This document shows positions 34,787 to 49,548 of a stretch of DNA of 58,599 nucleotides, in pieces. The DNA lies in NCBI GenBank assembly GCA_018398765.1, contig JAHBMJ010000049.1:1-58599 (forward strand), given 5' to 3'. The stretch's first letter is position 1, and every line of letters starts with the position of its first letter. Both the position numbers and the translations under genes were made by a program. This DNA is from Chromera velia (Eukaryota). The notes under the pieces were generated by a model. That model saw only the letters and a program-made list of their open reading frames with translations, searched no databases and was not told the DNA's origin.

Positions 34787-37335
34787 TGTGCGTGTGTGTT
34801 GGTCTTCGTGGTGTGACTGTTCTTGGAAGGTTGCTCTCGCCTGTGTCTTCCGCCTTCCCGCGTGCTCTTTTGGACATCTGTTATTTCTTCTTCACCCAGT
34901 CAGGATCGGGACCTCTTTTTTTTTTTTTTTTGCAGGCGTCAACCCAGCTCTCGAAGATGGAGCCCTCACACATGGCAGCACTCTGCAGGGCTGCTGCAGT
35001 CGTGGGAGTGCCGCACAAGGGAGAGGGGGTGGTCGATGAGGTAGCGGCCTCGGGACTTGAGTCGCTGTGGCGGTCTCTGGGTGGGGTACTGGACTCTGTC
35101 TCGAGGGGCGAGAGGTCCATGGACGATTCTGCAGTGAGCACCCTCTGCTGGTCTCTCTGTGCGGGGACTCTGAATCTGAATCTGAAGGGGGATGAGGGGG
35201 GCGTGGGTGAAAAGGGAGAGAGCGACTTTGCGGTTAGGCTGAACGTCCTCTCCCGCCTATTGACAGAGAGACGTTGGTCGTTTGAAAACCTCAAGGGAGA
35301 GGACCTTTCCAAGGTGCGTCCTCAATTTATTCATTAATACCTGTCTGCGTGCCTTTCTGTCTGTCTGTCTGTTTGTCTGCTCTGTGTGGCTGTCTATCTG
35401 CCTACCTGTATGTCTCTCTGCCTTCTGTTCTCTCCCTCTCTCCCTTGTTGCGCGGATGCTTTGCTTCTCTGAGTGGTTCGTCTTGGGGGAAGAGGGTCGG
35501 GTGGAGCGCGTGCGAATGGAATCAGTGCCCAGAAAGAAAACTTACAGAAGAATCGACTTTAAGGTACGCAAAAGGACAAAGCTGTATGGTGGGACTTTAT
35601 TTTTCGAAAGTGGACTGGGCTCCAAAAGAAAGAAAATGTCCTGCACCCTTTCCGATTTTCGGAATCTGGAGAGAACTCGTGTGACCTGTTCTTTTGTTTT
35701 TTTGGTGTGCTTGCTACCACTTTTTGTCTGACCGTGTTGCGATGCACTTTCTGAAACTTCCATGACTCAGTCTCAGTCTCCCTCCTGTCTGTTTCTCTCC
35801 CACTCCGACCCCCCTCCATCCTTGTGCGTGCAGCTTCAGCAGGTGACTGCAGCTGTGGAGGCGGAGACGGGTTCCTCTTTAAAAGGAGTCCCTTCTACCC
35901 TCCGGAACTCTCTGCTTGTTGAGACAGTGAAGGATTCCAACTTCTCAAGTGCCCAAACGGGGGGACTGACGAACCTGAAGCGTCTCCTCGGGCCTCTGTC
36001 GATCCGTTCTGAGGTGGAGGTCCATGGTCTTCCCCCCGTCGACTTTCTCGTTCTCGCCACTCCAAGAGAGGTTCTGGACGTTCTCAGCCAAGTCCCTGGC
36101 GCTTCTCTTCCTGATGTCCCCGAAGACCTTTTGCGAGAAGCTCAACAATGGGATGAGGGGACGAAGTGGGACAGTGTGGCCCTGGAATTTGATGGGCCCA
36201 CTCACTTCGTCACTGAGTGGTCGGTCTGTCGTCTGGTTGGCAGTCAGTCAGAATTAGAGAGAGAACGCACATTGTGTCTGTGAAAAGCAAAAGCCTCAAA
36301 CTTGTATGGTGTCGAAGAGACAAAAGAGCGCAGAGAGTAAGCGGGACTTGATAGGTGAAGGGGGGTGGACTGTCCTTATTTTTTTTGTCTTCTTTTTGGC
36401 GCAACATTTCTGTTCCCTGGAAACGTTGGCTTTGTCCATGTCACTTTTGTGTGGATCGCTCAGCTTTCTTGATTTTTGTGCATCGAGCGAGCGAGCGAGC
36501 AATCCTTCCAGCTGATCAGGAGTCGATGTATCTGTCCTTGTGTCTGCCCGTCCTGCCGTCCATTTGTGTATGCAGCCGGTCGGATAGTGTTCCGACAAAA
36601 CTCCAAGGAGAGCGCTCTGAGGAAGGAAGACAAGAAGAAAGCAGCGGAAGGCGGAGGGTGCACAGGTTGAACGGTAGCTCTTCATTTAGACGACGGTGGG
36701 TCAGCAAGTTGATCAGAGTACGTCGACTGGCTCTTCTTCTTCAATAAATTAATGCATGCAGCGTCTCTCTCTTTAATTCGTTCTCAGGACCGACTTTCAA
36801 AATCGTCGTTTATTTTGGGGATGTGTAGCATCTGTCACACACTCCATCGTTGTGTTGTGCGGCGTTATGCAGGTGCCTGGCTGCCCGTGGCATTTTGCCC
36901 GTTTCCCTTCCATATTGGAATCTGGTTCTAACGTCTCCGGACGCCACGCGGGTGCAGGTCGCAGGGGCGCTCCGGTCTTGTTTGGTCTCCGCACTCAGGG
37001 ATCTCAGAGAAGTCCCCCTTTCCTCTTGCCGTCCCGTCTCCGTTGGAAACAATGACGAGAGGGAGGGTGCAGGTGGACACACTGAGAGTGTCCGTTCCAT
37101 TCTACCGCCTTCAGATCCAGATGTAAGAAGACTCGCTGACAGCCCCCATTCAGGCTTAGAATCATCCTCACCAAAACCTGAAGCGCTGACTTTCCACAGT
37201 AATCACACAAGAGGCAGCACAATTGTGTCAAACACAACGAGCCGCTTACCACCAAGATCATCCCATAAAGTGACAAAAATACCACCACCTGTTTCGCTGC
37301 GCCATGAATCGCCTCGCATATGCATGGAAGGATGA
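32930..37335 (+). CDS. RAP-domain helical-repeat protein (organellar RNA-binding, FASTK/OPR-like)
   Basis: Exons 32930-34723, 34936-35313, 35834-36219, 36576-36695 and 36873-37335. C-terminal RAP elements VDFLV, VALEFDGPTHF, LNGSSSFRRRCLAARG and VSLPYW. Helical repeats such as ARDIAHVCWAFGK and PINLASSSWALS. Confidence 0.85.
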
Positions 37336-38299
37336 AAAGGGAGTTCAAAGGAGATGAGTCATAACGGGTGTTCTGAATGACGGACGCCGGATTCGCCCAC
37401 AGTGCTGCACACTTTGTTTCTTTTCTTGTTTCAGACTTTCAGCACAGTGATTACGTTTTCTTGCAGACCTTTTTTACGTTGTTTTGCATTCGTCTATCAT
37501 GATTTGCTCCAAGTAGGATTCGAATTTAAAGAAAATCCTTTTCTATAAGTTAATTCTTCTCGCTAATCTTCAGTTGTAATTATATTTGGAAGCCGGCTAG
37601 TAAGCCGGCCAGTTTATAGTACTTTGTACTCGTGAATTGTAATTTGTTGTACATCTTAATATTATATATCACTATATATGAGTAATTGTTGTGTACCAGC
37701 CTGAAAGCAATGCATATATATATGCAGAGAAACCAGCTAAGGCCCAGGTGTAGTACTGGAATGGCGCGGCAGGCCCGGTCAGGCCGTAAGGCGCATGGCC
37801 GTGCAGGGTGACAGGGTCTTTCATGGGCCCCGGTAAAGCAATCCATGCATCTTTTTAACAACCAACGCCAACCATGCAGTCACCTAATTCATCACCAATC
37901 ACTGGCAATCAGAGATCGATCCTTCACTAATTTGATTAATCGTCAACATCGATCTGTAGTGCAAATTCACTAAAATTAGGAATTTTGACTTCTAATATGT
38001 TCCGGGTTTGTTCTGAGGTTCATTACCGGGGGGCGGCTTAAGTTATATCTAGAGTTATACGGTATGACCTACGGTATGACTACCATAAGATAAAACGGCG
38101 ATATGCAGTACTTGAGAGCACCAATTAATCACTTAATTATCCCTTACATGAAACAAGCATCCTAAGTAACTAAAACATTTCCATTAAAACTTCAATCCAC
38201 CTAAAATTATTCAAAATTATATTATTAAAAAAAACAATCGAACTCTGATCGACAATCTCTAAGATCAAAGCTTCACCCCTATGTGATTGATCCGCCAGC

Positions 38300-41200
38300 T
38301 CATACACATCTGCAGTCTGTGTGACTGATTGTCACACCTCTCTGAATTAAAGCCTCAGTTCCCTCTTCATTTGGACCCTGGTGATACGAAGAAGAAACAA
38401 ACACTTTCTGCCGTAATACTGTGGACATTGCCGGTTCAATTGACTCAAAGGAACATGCCGGATGATCTGGAGCAGCATGCCCTTCCATTTTAGGCTCGGC
38501 CTAAGTGGTTGAGCGCTAAAAACGTCTGTCTAGGTTTCCTTCTTCACAAAATGGAGCAGGTCTGCGATCCATGAACCAGAACCCCACTCTGAGCCGTACA
38601 TGAAAGACGGCCACCTTGAAGAGAGGAGAGAAGGATCGGCTCCGACCTGCTCAGAGGATAGAGGAGGAACGCGGTAGCAAATAGCATGCTTCTGAGAGGA
38701 AAGGAACAAAGCAGTCTGAGAGCGATCGAATGACAACAAGCGGGCCACGGGGTGAATTCCTTCCCACTCTTTCAGATACTCGAGCCCTACAAAATACACT
38801 CAAGTACTTCTGGATGACAACATTCGTTAAACAGAAAAAGCACGATTCTTTTCATGTAGGATGATCTTGTTTGCTATGATTAAATCTGACTGAGAAGGCT
38901 CAATCTACTTTCACATCCACGTACAGGCAGGCAGCCATGCAGACTGACGGGAGAGGTGCTTCTACGAACTTCAACCTCAATCCCTTCCTAGCTATAAGTT
39001 AAACGCGACCTCCAATCTACTGCTGGCTAGTCTGTTGGACCAAGTCAATCCACTTACAACGTTACGATGGTGATCGCTCATCATTTCACTGACCTCAAGC
39101 AGAGTTGCTGCCAGCTCCAAGCCCTTGCGCAACCTGACCGCTTGCCACTCATGGCGAGTAAGGTCTTTATAACAAGGGTCGTCATGTGCGTGATAAGACC
39201 TGTCGGAGAGAACGGCAGAAAGGGGGCAACCATACCACCTCTGCTGAGATGAATCAAAGAACAGTACGTTTAGGTCTGCCCCTCCCTGTTCGCACAAAGC
39301 ATGCACGAGTTTGACATTCCTCAAACGGCATGCAAGCAACAGGGATGACTTTTTACACATAGACTGCAACACTGTGTAACAATCTCGTCTTCATCCCCAT
39401 CTTTCTGCCCGCCCCTTTCTTCCTCTTCCTGGCGTGCCTCCTGGGAAAAGAACAATTCAACAGAAAGGAGGCAACGGGCCCCATGGTCTAGCAGCAGTTC
39501 CATACGCTTTGCAACTTACTGCTGTTGGTTTTTGGGGAGACTATATATCATTGACAGGTCTCTGTGAGATAAAGCTTGCAGAGGGGCAACCATGAGACCT
39601 CCCTCTCCAAAACCTTTTCCCTTTAACAACCCGACCTCATTTGGGTCTACACCTGACTCAAGGAGCAACGACAGGAGATCCAGACTCCCATTATCATCTA
39701 GCAACAGGCTTTCGATCAGGGGGAGACGGCGGGTCCCACCTCCCCCCCCCAACGCCGCACTTTCGTAAATGAGTGCTTCTGTTGTCTTGCGCATCTGCAG
39801 CCTACAAGCCAGAGACAGGGGGGAGTGATCGGAATCCTCGTCTTTCTTGTTGAGGTCTGCACCTAGATCTGCAAGCGCCTCCACCGTGTCTGCGGAATAG
39901 CCGTTATCCGCTTTGTGGTTCAACCAACGAGTGCGGTTCTTTTCAACGACGGCAAAAATGGGGAGACACGATTTCCCCTTCTCCTCAGATTTTTCTATCA
40001 CGTCTGGATCTGCCCCCCCCTTTCCTCCCAACATACGCACTAGGTTTACATTTTTCAAACGATACACAATCAGAAAAGGGGAAGTTTCATTTCCCGATGG
40101 ATCTAACGCACTCGCAGCAACGGCTCTGTCAACAAGCAATTCTACGGCTTGCTCTGTGATGTACTCCTCTTTATAGGGGTATGGGTTCATCGCAACCTGT
40201 AGGGCGGTGACACAATCATATGGAAACTCAGGATCAGACGTCTTTATAGTGATGCCAACCTGGTTAGGGTCTGCACCCCACCGAAGCAAAAGGGCAGTGA
40301 TATGGGTATCAGACGGCGATGTCTCAACCAAAGGAACCTGGATTCCCCATTTTTCCCTGCCACCCCCCCCACCGCCACCCCCTTCGAGAGAAGAAACTCT
40401 GCGGACTTTTCCAATGCCCACTCGCAGGCAAGGGATAAAGGGCTGTGACTAAAGTCACCTAAGCCCGCACGGGTAAAATCAGCCCTTTTGTCAGCAAGCA
40501 ACTGCAAGACGGAGAGGCACGTCTCGTCTGACCGGAGCATACCTCCAACGACGGCCAACAGCGTCAGGTGCTGCTCTTCAGGCCGCACTCGATCGGCTTC
40601 TTCCACCTCCATCAGCCCTCTTGCAATGTCAGCCTCTCCACAGAGACAAGCTAGATCCAGAGCAGTCTTGTCCGTACTCTTTAGCTCTTCTCTGTATACC
40701 GAATAGGTGTCAAGAACCTCTATCAGAAAACGACAGGCTTCTGTCCTAACCTTCCAACGTGCGCAACCCCTTTCCTTCGACAAAGGCGCAATACGACGAT
40801 TCGGAAGCAAAGAGAGCTTCAGCGCATCTCTTTTCTTTTCATCCACCCTATCCCCTAAGTCCTCCCCTTCCCCCCCACGTCCCTCCTTCTCCCTCTCTTC
40901 CGCCTCTTCATACACTGCAAGGACGAAAGCATGCAGGGGGGACCTACCCGCGACTGAGTATTGGAACGAAATTTCTTCATTCTTGGTCTCCTCACTCTCT
41001 TCATTTTCCTCCTCCCCAGACTCCTCCCCAATCCACTCATACACATCAATACGAGCACCCGCATCCAGGAGCATCTGGACACACTCAAACTTGTGGGTAT
41101 CGATCAAAGCCATCAGCAGGGGCTTGATCATGGGCGGTTTATTTCTGGATACCCCCTGTAGGCCCATATAGACCCACGAATCGGGATGCACGGCCCCACT

Positions 41201-41695
41201 CTTCAACAGTACCCCCAACCGATGTGTCGTCAGGTTGCGCAAACCTTCGACTCAGTCTGGCAGCTCAGCACAAAAAGGTGTCACACATTTTTCCGATAAA
41301 TATCGGACACAATCCTGTTCGTTCTGGAGGCCGGAAGCAGGAAGAGACGGGGGAGGTCCAATCTTCTGCTGAAGGAATCTTTTCAGAAAAAAATTTAATG
41401 GGTAGCGCCCTCCAACACCACTCAGTGCAAAGAGCTGCTGTAAAGCAGTCACATCAGCACGTTTTAAACAGTCGTCAATCAGATTCTAGATCAGATTCCA
41501 AACCTCCTCTCTCTCAGAGACGGTGTCAAAAGCGCCACACACACTCCCGAATCCCTGGGACGTGGTGTCACTTCGAAAGGCAAGAAACTTGGAGGAGACG
41601 GATAAAATTTTCCAAAAAGTTCGTAAACCCCAAAAACTACTGCCAAACAGACTCTGAAAAACTTTTGAGTCCCTTGTATGGACAACTTTTGCCAT
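38300..41695 (-). pseudogene. Ankyrin-repeat protein, disrupted copy A
   Basis: Ankyrin motifs TALDLACL, HSPLSLAC, GADPN and GADLNKKD..HSPLSLACR. Stops at ~41486, 41252 and 39516; frameshifts at ~40365 and ~39372. Confidence 0.8.
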
Positions 41696-42990
41696 TGTGA
41701 CACAGAGGAATCAGATAATGAGGGTGGAATACAATTAAAGTAGAAAAGAGGGAAGAAAAGAGAGGGAAATGGCAGGAAATTTCATGGTAGCCCAACAAAG
41801 CTGATGTAGGAGACGTCAGAAAAGAATTGGGAAAGTTTGGGATCCGAGTGATAGATGTCCACTGTTTTTCCCCTTAAGTCTTTTCTTTATATTTGCAGGC
41901 CCTGTCTTCATTTCGGTCATTGATCCCGATAACCACAAAGTGTTTGAAAGTGAGGGAAACAAGAAGTCTTTGTATTACTTAGAAAAAGGAATAGAAGAAG
42001 GTCTTTCACAACTTCTATCTAGCAACGCATAATGTTATGTATCAAAATATTTGAAAAAACAAAAAAACACTATAGGGCAGCCACTATTAGGCCAACCTCA
42101 TTAGGCCCACTAAGACTGTTTAACAACGGTACATGGCCGGACCGCAACACGGTAATAAACTAGGCAATAGACTTGATAATGTTAACCGTTATAGCCTCAT
42201 TTCAAATTTAAAAAATAGCCTTGTCATTTATGTTAGTATCTAAATCTATCTGCCACTTATACTATAGTAAGATTAACAAAATGGATAAATGCATATATAA
42301 TACTAAAAAGTATTTTGAGCTTACTGACTGAGTGACAGTCTGAGACTCTGAGTCTAACTCACTAGAAGTGAATTTATATTTTTCCTAGTGTTTTTTAAAT
42401 TGAACATAAGATAAGATAAGAAAAGATTAGATTTAAGTTTATGTTCCTATAGTTATGTTCCGGGTGTCTCCAAGGTCTAGTGCCCAAATATCGATTCAAT
42501 ATCGGGAAACATGTGTTATCAAATTTTGATTGACTGTTGGACAAGTGTTACAATATTCAAGTTCACTGTTGCAAATGTTGTAAAATCTACTGTAAAATAT
42601 TGAATATCAAGCTAGAATATCAAGTATCAATCAATCAATCAATCAATCAATAATATGCCTAGTAATATGCCCTTTTCTGGAAGCCAAGTTAACCCAGAAG
42701 TTTACGATATGAATTTATATGATAAATATACGATGATACGATATTTATCAAAAGCGATCCAATAGTCATCCCTACCTATAGCTGAAATAAATACAAAAAA
42801 TAAACTTTACAGATTACTGATTTTTCTCTTCTTGCCAGTCATAGTGCATCACAAGTTCACAGCATCTTTCTTCCTTTCAAGGAATTATACTAGAAATCAT
42901 ATCACTGACATTGCATAGCAATAATAAAACATGTAAATTATGACTCATTATGAACAGAACATTACAAACGTGAAGAAATCTCACATCCAA

Positions 42991-44020
42991 CTACCGGCAT
43001 GGAATCATCCCTTCTGCATGCCTTGTGTTCCTTCCATCTCGACTTCCAATGGATGAAATAAGAACAGCATCGAGAAGTTTGCGTAAAACTGGAAGATCAA
43101 CAACAAAATTATCTGAGGCATCGGGAGGAAGCAAAAGAGATGCATAAGAATGGCCGCGTAAGTGTGCCAAATTACGGTAGTAGGACTCTTTGTCTCCCTG
43201 CCGGTCCCTCAGGATCTCTATCAGGGCACCGCCGGGACGCATGAAGACCACATGCGTCAGCCCCGCTCCATGAGGACCGATCATCACGTCACACTCATGC
43301 GCCTCCCTGATCTGCTCGACGAATGGGGCGTTCTCCTCCCCCCTCCTGGTCACCTCCCGCACCCTCAAAGGCACCTGGTGCGATGGGACAGTGTCAAGCG
43401 CCCCGTCGTCTTCTCTCCCCCTGGGGCCTAAACAGAATCTCTCTAAGTACTCTAGGACCGCGTCGATGTTCTCAAGGTGTCGGTAGGGGGTCTCTCTCCG
43501 TGACACCACACACACCTGCACGGACGACATGACTCTCATGTTTTCTTCTGATTCTCAATCTTCACTTTTTGCAAGATGGGTCATACGCCAGCGGATGAAG
43601 CGAACAAAACACAATGTTGCACAGACATTTCGGGGGCAGCGGACAACCATCTTCAATGAAATCAGCAATTTCACCCCATACAAGCAGCACATGATGTCTT
43701 TATTTCCGGTTTTCATGGTGACAGGAAGGCCGACACTGTGCATGCCAGCATGCGCATCAAAAGGGAAAAAAGGGACAGCGTGTGTAGAGCAGCAGTCTTC
43801 AGCCTGATATAGCATAAGGCAAAAGATAACACGGAAGATGCTGATATGGCAGCTACACAGCAGGAACGGAAAACGACGCAGACGCAAGAACGGATTTCGG
43901 CAAAAGCGCTTTCTCTCTCTACGAGGCGAAGAGATCAGAGTCCCTGGAGTCCTCTCAGAGGTAGTCGTGGAAATTCTTTCTTTCACTCTGTCTGTCTGTG
44001 TCTGTCTGTCTGTCTAGCTG

Positions 44021-44055
<35 letters not shown>

Positions 44056-44186
44056 GTCTGTCTGTCTGTGTCTGTCTGTCTGTGTCTGTCTGTCTGTGTC
44101 TGTCTGTCTGTCTGTGTCTGTCTGTCTGTCTGTCTGTCTCTCTGTCTGTGTATGCGTCTGTGTCTGTCTGTCTGTCTCTCTGTCTG

Positions 44187-44243
<57 letters not shown>

Positions 44244-45267
44244 CGGAGAGAGATCGAAAGATCCACCGGGGGGCTGAGCCCACCTGTATCGGTTCTCCAG
44301 CCTCTGCCGCTCTCGGAACCACCCCTGCTGTCTCCCACAAATGATGAACGTACATGGACAGCAGGGGTGAGTACCCACAGGGCATCGCGTGGTCCCATGC
44401 GAGGTCCCATGTGCCCCCTCCCTCGCTGGTCACTGTGCTCATCCGCGAGTACTCACAGAAGGACCCTTGGGGGGGGAGACGACTGGGCGCCTCCTGGCCC
44501 TCTGGGGCGAGAAAGTAGATGTTCTCGGCCACAGGCCCCAGACCCCACTCAGTCCCTTCGTGTAAGAACGAATCGACAAGAGACGCCAAGGCAGGGTCGA
44601 GACGGGAAAGGAGGATATCCGTCTCTTCTCGGTGCTGTGCCAGCACAAGACGGGTCAGGAAGAGACCATACCATCCCGCGAAAGAATGCCACAAATTGAC
44701 CAAATTTTTTCCACCACTGCTCTTTACAGATCGCGGAGCAATGCCAGGAGACGGCTCGCTCCCAGGAGTGAAGAGGAGACGCCCCAGCTTCACGGATTCC
44801 CCGCCGGAAGATGAAGAGCGCGACTGTGCACGGTAGCAGTCTGGATCGAAAAACGCGTCCACAGCATGCGAGGGGAATCCTCTGGAGACAAAATACTGTC
44901 TGTCCTTTGCTGAGGGGGGCGTCTGACCTCTCTCCAACGTAAAGATATATTCGTAGCCCCAGGCGTTCTGTACATTCCTCCGTCTACGTGTATACCTGTA
45001 CAAGTAGGGACTCTGCAGGGGCTCCCTGCTTTCTCGAAATTTTTCCACTGCCCCCCAGGACCACCGGTCATTGCAGGATTCTGGATAGATCCTCGCGGCC
45101 TCTCGGAGCGTCACAAGATCGAACGCGGCCTCTGTGTTCCCCACAAAGGCAGTCATCCTCCGTGCTGTGAGCGGGAAGACAAAGTTTAAGCTAACAAGCG
45201 TCAGGGCACTGACAAGCAACACAATCAGGTAAAATCGAACGCATTCACGTGCTCCGATGCGACGCAT
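42991..45267 (-). CDS. Glycosyltransferase family 61 (EOGT/xylosyltransferase-like), type II membrane protein
   Basis: Exons 44284-45267 and 42991-43515. N-terminal TM helix [20 protein letters not shown], then NLWHSF and the GT61 motif EQI...[26 protein letters not shown]. Confidence 0.85.
43988..44243. repeat. Compound (CTGT)n/(CT)n/(CA)n/(GA)n microsatellite in GT61 intron
   Basis: Read directly. Confidence 0.95.
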
Positions 45268-46005
45268 GGCTACATTCACTCTTCCACTGGTCACGGAACG
45301 ACACGCTTGCGCATGACTTCGGGCACGAGAAAGGAGACGGCCAAACAAGTTGAAGCGCAGTCTCTGTTCCGCTGACAAAAACGTCTGTACTCGTCTTTTC
45401 AAGTCGTGAAATCGAAGAACACACGGCCCGTAGAGGGTTCGAAAAACGTCACAGCTGCTACAGCTTCTTAAATACGTACACGATCCCAGATTGCCCGGAA
45501 AGCGAAGGTCGACTATGCATGGTCGACTGATGTCGACATGATGTCGCGCGTAGACGGCGCGCGGGATGCGCGCGCGGGGTACCATCCATGCATCCATGCA
45601 TGGCCGCGGATTTCATTTGAGTTTTTCTCATCAATTAATTAAGTGCCTGACTGTCACATTGAATTCCTTGAGGGTTCGTGCATGACTGCATGCATGAGCT
45701 GCTCAGTACGTGATGCTCAGTATTGCTCAGTGTGGGTATCAACGATGTTTTTCTCTCGATCTCTGGAGATCATGCAAAATCTGAAGAGCTATATATGAAG
45801 AGCTTGTTGACCTTCGCACATTTTTCCGAGACAACCTCGGTCCCTTCTTTGTGAGAATCAACCTCTGGGTAGAACTCTTGTGTATTTGTTTAGCCCCCGT
45901 CTCGTATTTTCCACTTTATTCGAAGACTCTCTACATATACGTTACCGACGAAGCGAATCCTCACAGCATCTTGCTCCCTGCAGTTCTTGTTTCCTCTGTG
46001 TCACA

Positions 46006-49000
46006 ATGGCGAAAGTTGTACATGCAAGGGACTCGAAAGTTTTTCAGAGTCTGTTTGGCAGTGGTTTTTTGGGTTTGCGAACTTTTTGGAAAATTTCATC
46101 CGTCTCCTCCGAATTTCTTGCCTTTCGAAGTGACACGGGGATTCGGGAGTGTGTGTGGCGCTTTTGACACCGTCTCTGAGAGAGAGGAGGTTTGGAATCT
46201 GATTGACGACTGTTTAAAACGTGCCGATGTAACTGCTTTACAGCAGCTCTTTGCACTGAGTGGTGTTGGGGGACGCTACCCGTTTCTTCTGAAAAGATTC
46301 CTTCAGCAGGAGAGTGGACCTCCCCCGTCTCCTCCTGCTTCCGGCCCCCAGAACGAACAGGATTGTGTCCGATATTTATCGGAAAAATGTGTGACACCTT
46401 TTTGTGCTGAGCTGCCAGACTGAGTCGAAGGTTTGCGTAACCTGACGACACATCGGTTGGGGGTGCTGTTGAAGAGTGGGGCCGTGCATCCCGACTCGTG
46501 GGTCTATGTGGGCCTGCAGGGGGCGTCGAGAGAGAAACCCCCCGTGATCAAGCCCCTGCTGGTGGCTCTGATCGATGCCCGCAAATTTGAGTGTGTCCAG
46601 GTGCTCCTGGATGCGGGTGCTCATGTCGATGTGCATGAGTGGATTGGGAGGGGGGGGCCTGGGGAGGAGGAAAATGAAGAGACTGAGGAGACGAAGAATG
46701 AAGAAATTTCGTTCCAATACTCAGTCGCGGGTAGGTCCCCCCTGCATGCTTTCGTCCTTGCAGTGCATGAGGAGGCGGAAGAGAGGGAGAGGGAGAAGGA
46801 GAGGGAGGACTTAGGGGATAGGGCAGATGAGACAGAGAGAGACGCACTGAAGCAGTCTGTTTTTCGCCGTGTTGCGCTTTTGTCAAAAAAGGGGGGGTGT
46901 TTGCGTTGGAAGGTTAGGACAGGCACCTGTAGCGCTTGGGAGACATGGTGAATTCCTATTCCCCGTACATGGAAGAACTAGCAGACACGGGCCACACGGC
47001 TCTGGACCTTGCTTGCCTCTTTTTACAGGTTGACTTGATGAGGGGGTTGTTGGAGGTGGAGGAATCAGATTTAGCGCGGCCGATAGTTGACCGCCTCACC
47101 ATGCTGGCCGTTTGTGGGGGGGTATTCTTTGAGATAGGGTGTCCTCGCGTCTCAGATGAGTACTGTTTGTATGTCCTGCAGTTGCTTGCTGAAAAGGGGG
47201 CTGATTTCTCCCGTGCGGGCTTGGGTGACTATAGTCACAGCCCCTTATCCCTTGCCTGCGAGTGGTCGCTAGAAAGGTCTGCAGAGTTTCTTCTCGCAAA
47301 GGGGGTGGCGGTGGGGGGGGTGGCAGGGAAGAATGGGGAATTCTGGTTCCTTTGGTTGAGATATCGTCGTCTTGTACCTCCTTAACAGCCCTTTTGCTCA
47401 AGTGGGGTGCAGACCCTAACCAGGTGGGCTTCACTGGAAAGGTGTGTGAAGTCCCATGTGAGTATGTCACCGCCCTGCAGGTTGCAGTGAATCCGTTTCC
47501 CTACAGAGAAGAGGGGTATAAGTTAGAAACCATAGAACTCCTTCTCGACCATGGTGCCAGACCTGTCCCTGCAAGTGTGCTTCACCCTTCCGGAAACGAA
47601 GCTTCCCCCTTTTTGATCTCGTGTCGTTTGAAAGATGCAAACCTAGTGCGTATGTTGGGAGGAAAGGGGGGGGCAGATCCAGACGTGACAGGAAAGTCTG
47701 AGGAGAAGGGGAAATCGTGCTTCCCCATTTTTGCCGTCGTTGAAAAGAACCGCAATCGTTGGTTGAACCACGAAGCGGATGACGGCTGTTCCGCAGAGAC
47801 GGTGAAGGTGCTCGCAGATCTAGGTGCAGACCTCAACAAGAAAGACGAGGATTCCGATCACTCCCCCCTGTCTCTGGCTTGTAGGCTGCAGATGCGCAAG
47901 ACAGCAGAAGCACTCATTCGCGGGGGTGCGCCGCTGGGGGGGGGAGGTGGAACCCGCCGTCTCCCCCTAATCGAGAGCCTCTTGTCAGGTGACATCGGGA
48001 GTGTGGATCTCCTGTCGTTGCTCCTTGAGTCAGGTGCAGACCCAAATGAGGTCGGGTTGTTGAAGGAAAAAAAATTTGGAGAGGGAGGTCTCATGGTCTC
48101 CCCTCTGCAAGCTCTGTCTTACAGAGACTTGCCGTACATCGATGGACTGCCGAACAACAAACAGCAGCAAGTCACAAAGCGTATGGAACTGCTGCTAGAC
48201 CATGGGGCCCGTTGCCCCCTTTCTGTTGAATTGTCCCCTTCCCAGGAGGCACGCCAGGAAGAGGAAGAGGGGGGCGGGCAGAAAGATGGGGATGGAGACG
48301 AGATTGTGTTGCAGCCCATGTGTAAAAAGTCACCGCTGTTGCTCGCATGCCGTTTGAGGGATGTCCAACTCGTGCGTGCTTTGTGCGAACAGGGAGCGGC
48401 AGACCCAAACGCACTGTTCTCTGGTTCGTCTGAGCAGAGGCGGTATGGTTGCCCTCTTGCTGCTGTTCTCTCCGACAGGTCTCATCAAGCAGATAACGGC
48501 GGTGATTACCTCACTCGCGATCAGTGGGAATCGGTCAGACTGCGCGAGGGCTTGGAGCTGGCGGAAACCCTGGTTGAGGTGGGTCAAAAAGAATTAAGGT
48601 CTCGGGCGATCGATTTGCATGTCCGGGTGGGTTAGTCGTTTTAGATTAGGAATCGGGTTAGGTACTGAGGGCTTCAAGTTTGTGGACGTATACGCCTGTG
48701 TTTACACTCTCTCTTCGTCAGTCTGCGTGGCTACCTTCCTGTCTGTCTGTGAAGGCAGATCGAATGCTCACAGTCAGATCAATTTGGAGCGGACAGGACC
48801 GCCTTGTATCGAGAGGGTGGTTCTTTCTTCTTTTACGGAACCTTTTTGTCCTCAACGCTTCTGTGCCTACATGAGTTTGTGTGAGTGAGCCCTTATGTTC
48901 TTGGATTCTCCCTCTGTTGAGCGGTTCTTCGCGGTTCTTTAGGGAGAGAGTGAGACGGGCACAGACAGAGGGATTCTCCTGCGTTCTCCTGAAAGGTGTA

Positions 49001-49548
49001 CGTGAGGTTGTTTATCAGCAGCTTCAGAAGTACTTGACTGTGCTAAACCTCGAATGAGTGTCTGAAGGAGTAGAAAGTCGAGAATAAACGAATCCATCCA
49101 CTCTTTCAATGCTATCTTAATTGAATTTCTGTCGCTACCCTGGTGTGTGTCTATCTTCCCTTTCTTTACTTCTGAGCAGCTCGGAGCCGATCCTTCTCTG
49201 CTCTCCTCAAGGTGGCCCTCTCTCAATGTCACATCCGCCTCGGACTGGGGCTCCGGGTCGCGGCTCGCGGATCTGCTCCATTTTGTGAATGAAAAAAACG
49301 GGAAGGGTGTTGTGAACGGTCAGCCATCTAGACCCAACCTGAAGTGGAGGGACATGCTGCTACAGGTCATCCGGCATGCTCCTTGGAGTGAATTGAACCG
49401 GCTATGTCTGCGACACTTAGGATTCTCCTCATCCCGAAAGTGTTCGTCTCTTCTTCGTATCACCAGGGTAAAAATGGAGTGGGAAGAGGGAACTGAGGCT
49501 TTGATTCAGAGAGGTGTGACAGTCAGTCATACGGATTCTACATGCTGA
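46006..49548 (+). pseudogene. Ankyrin-repeat protein, disrupted copy B (inverted paralogue of 38300-41695)
   Basis: Collinear with copy A from MAKVVH to TEALIQRGVT. Frameshifts at ~46137, ~46935 and ~47320; in-frame TGA at 46421. Confidence 0.8.
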
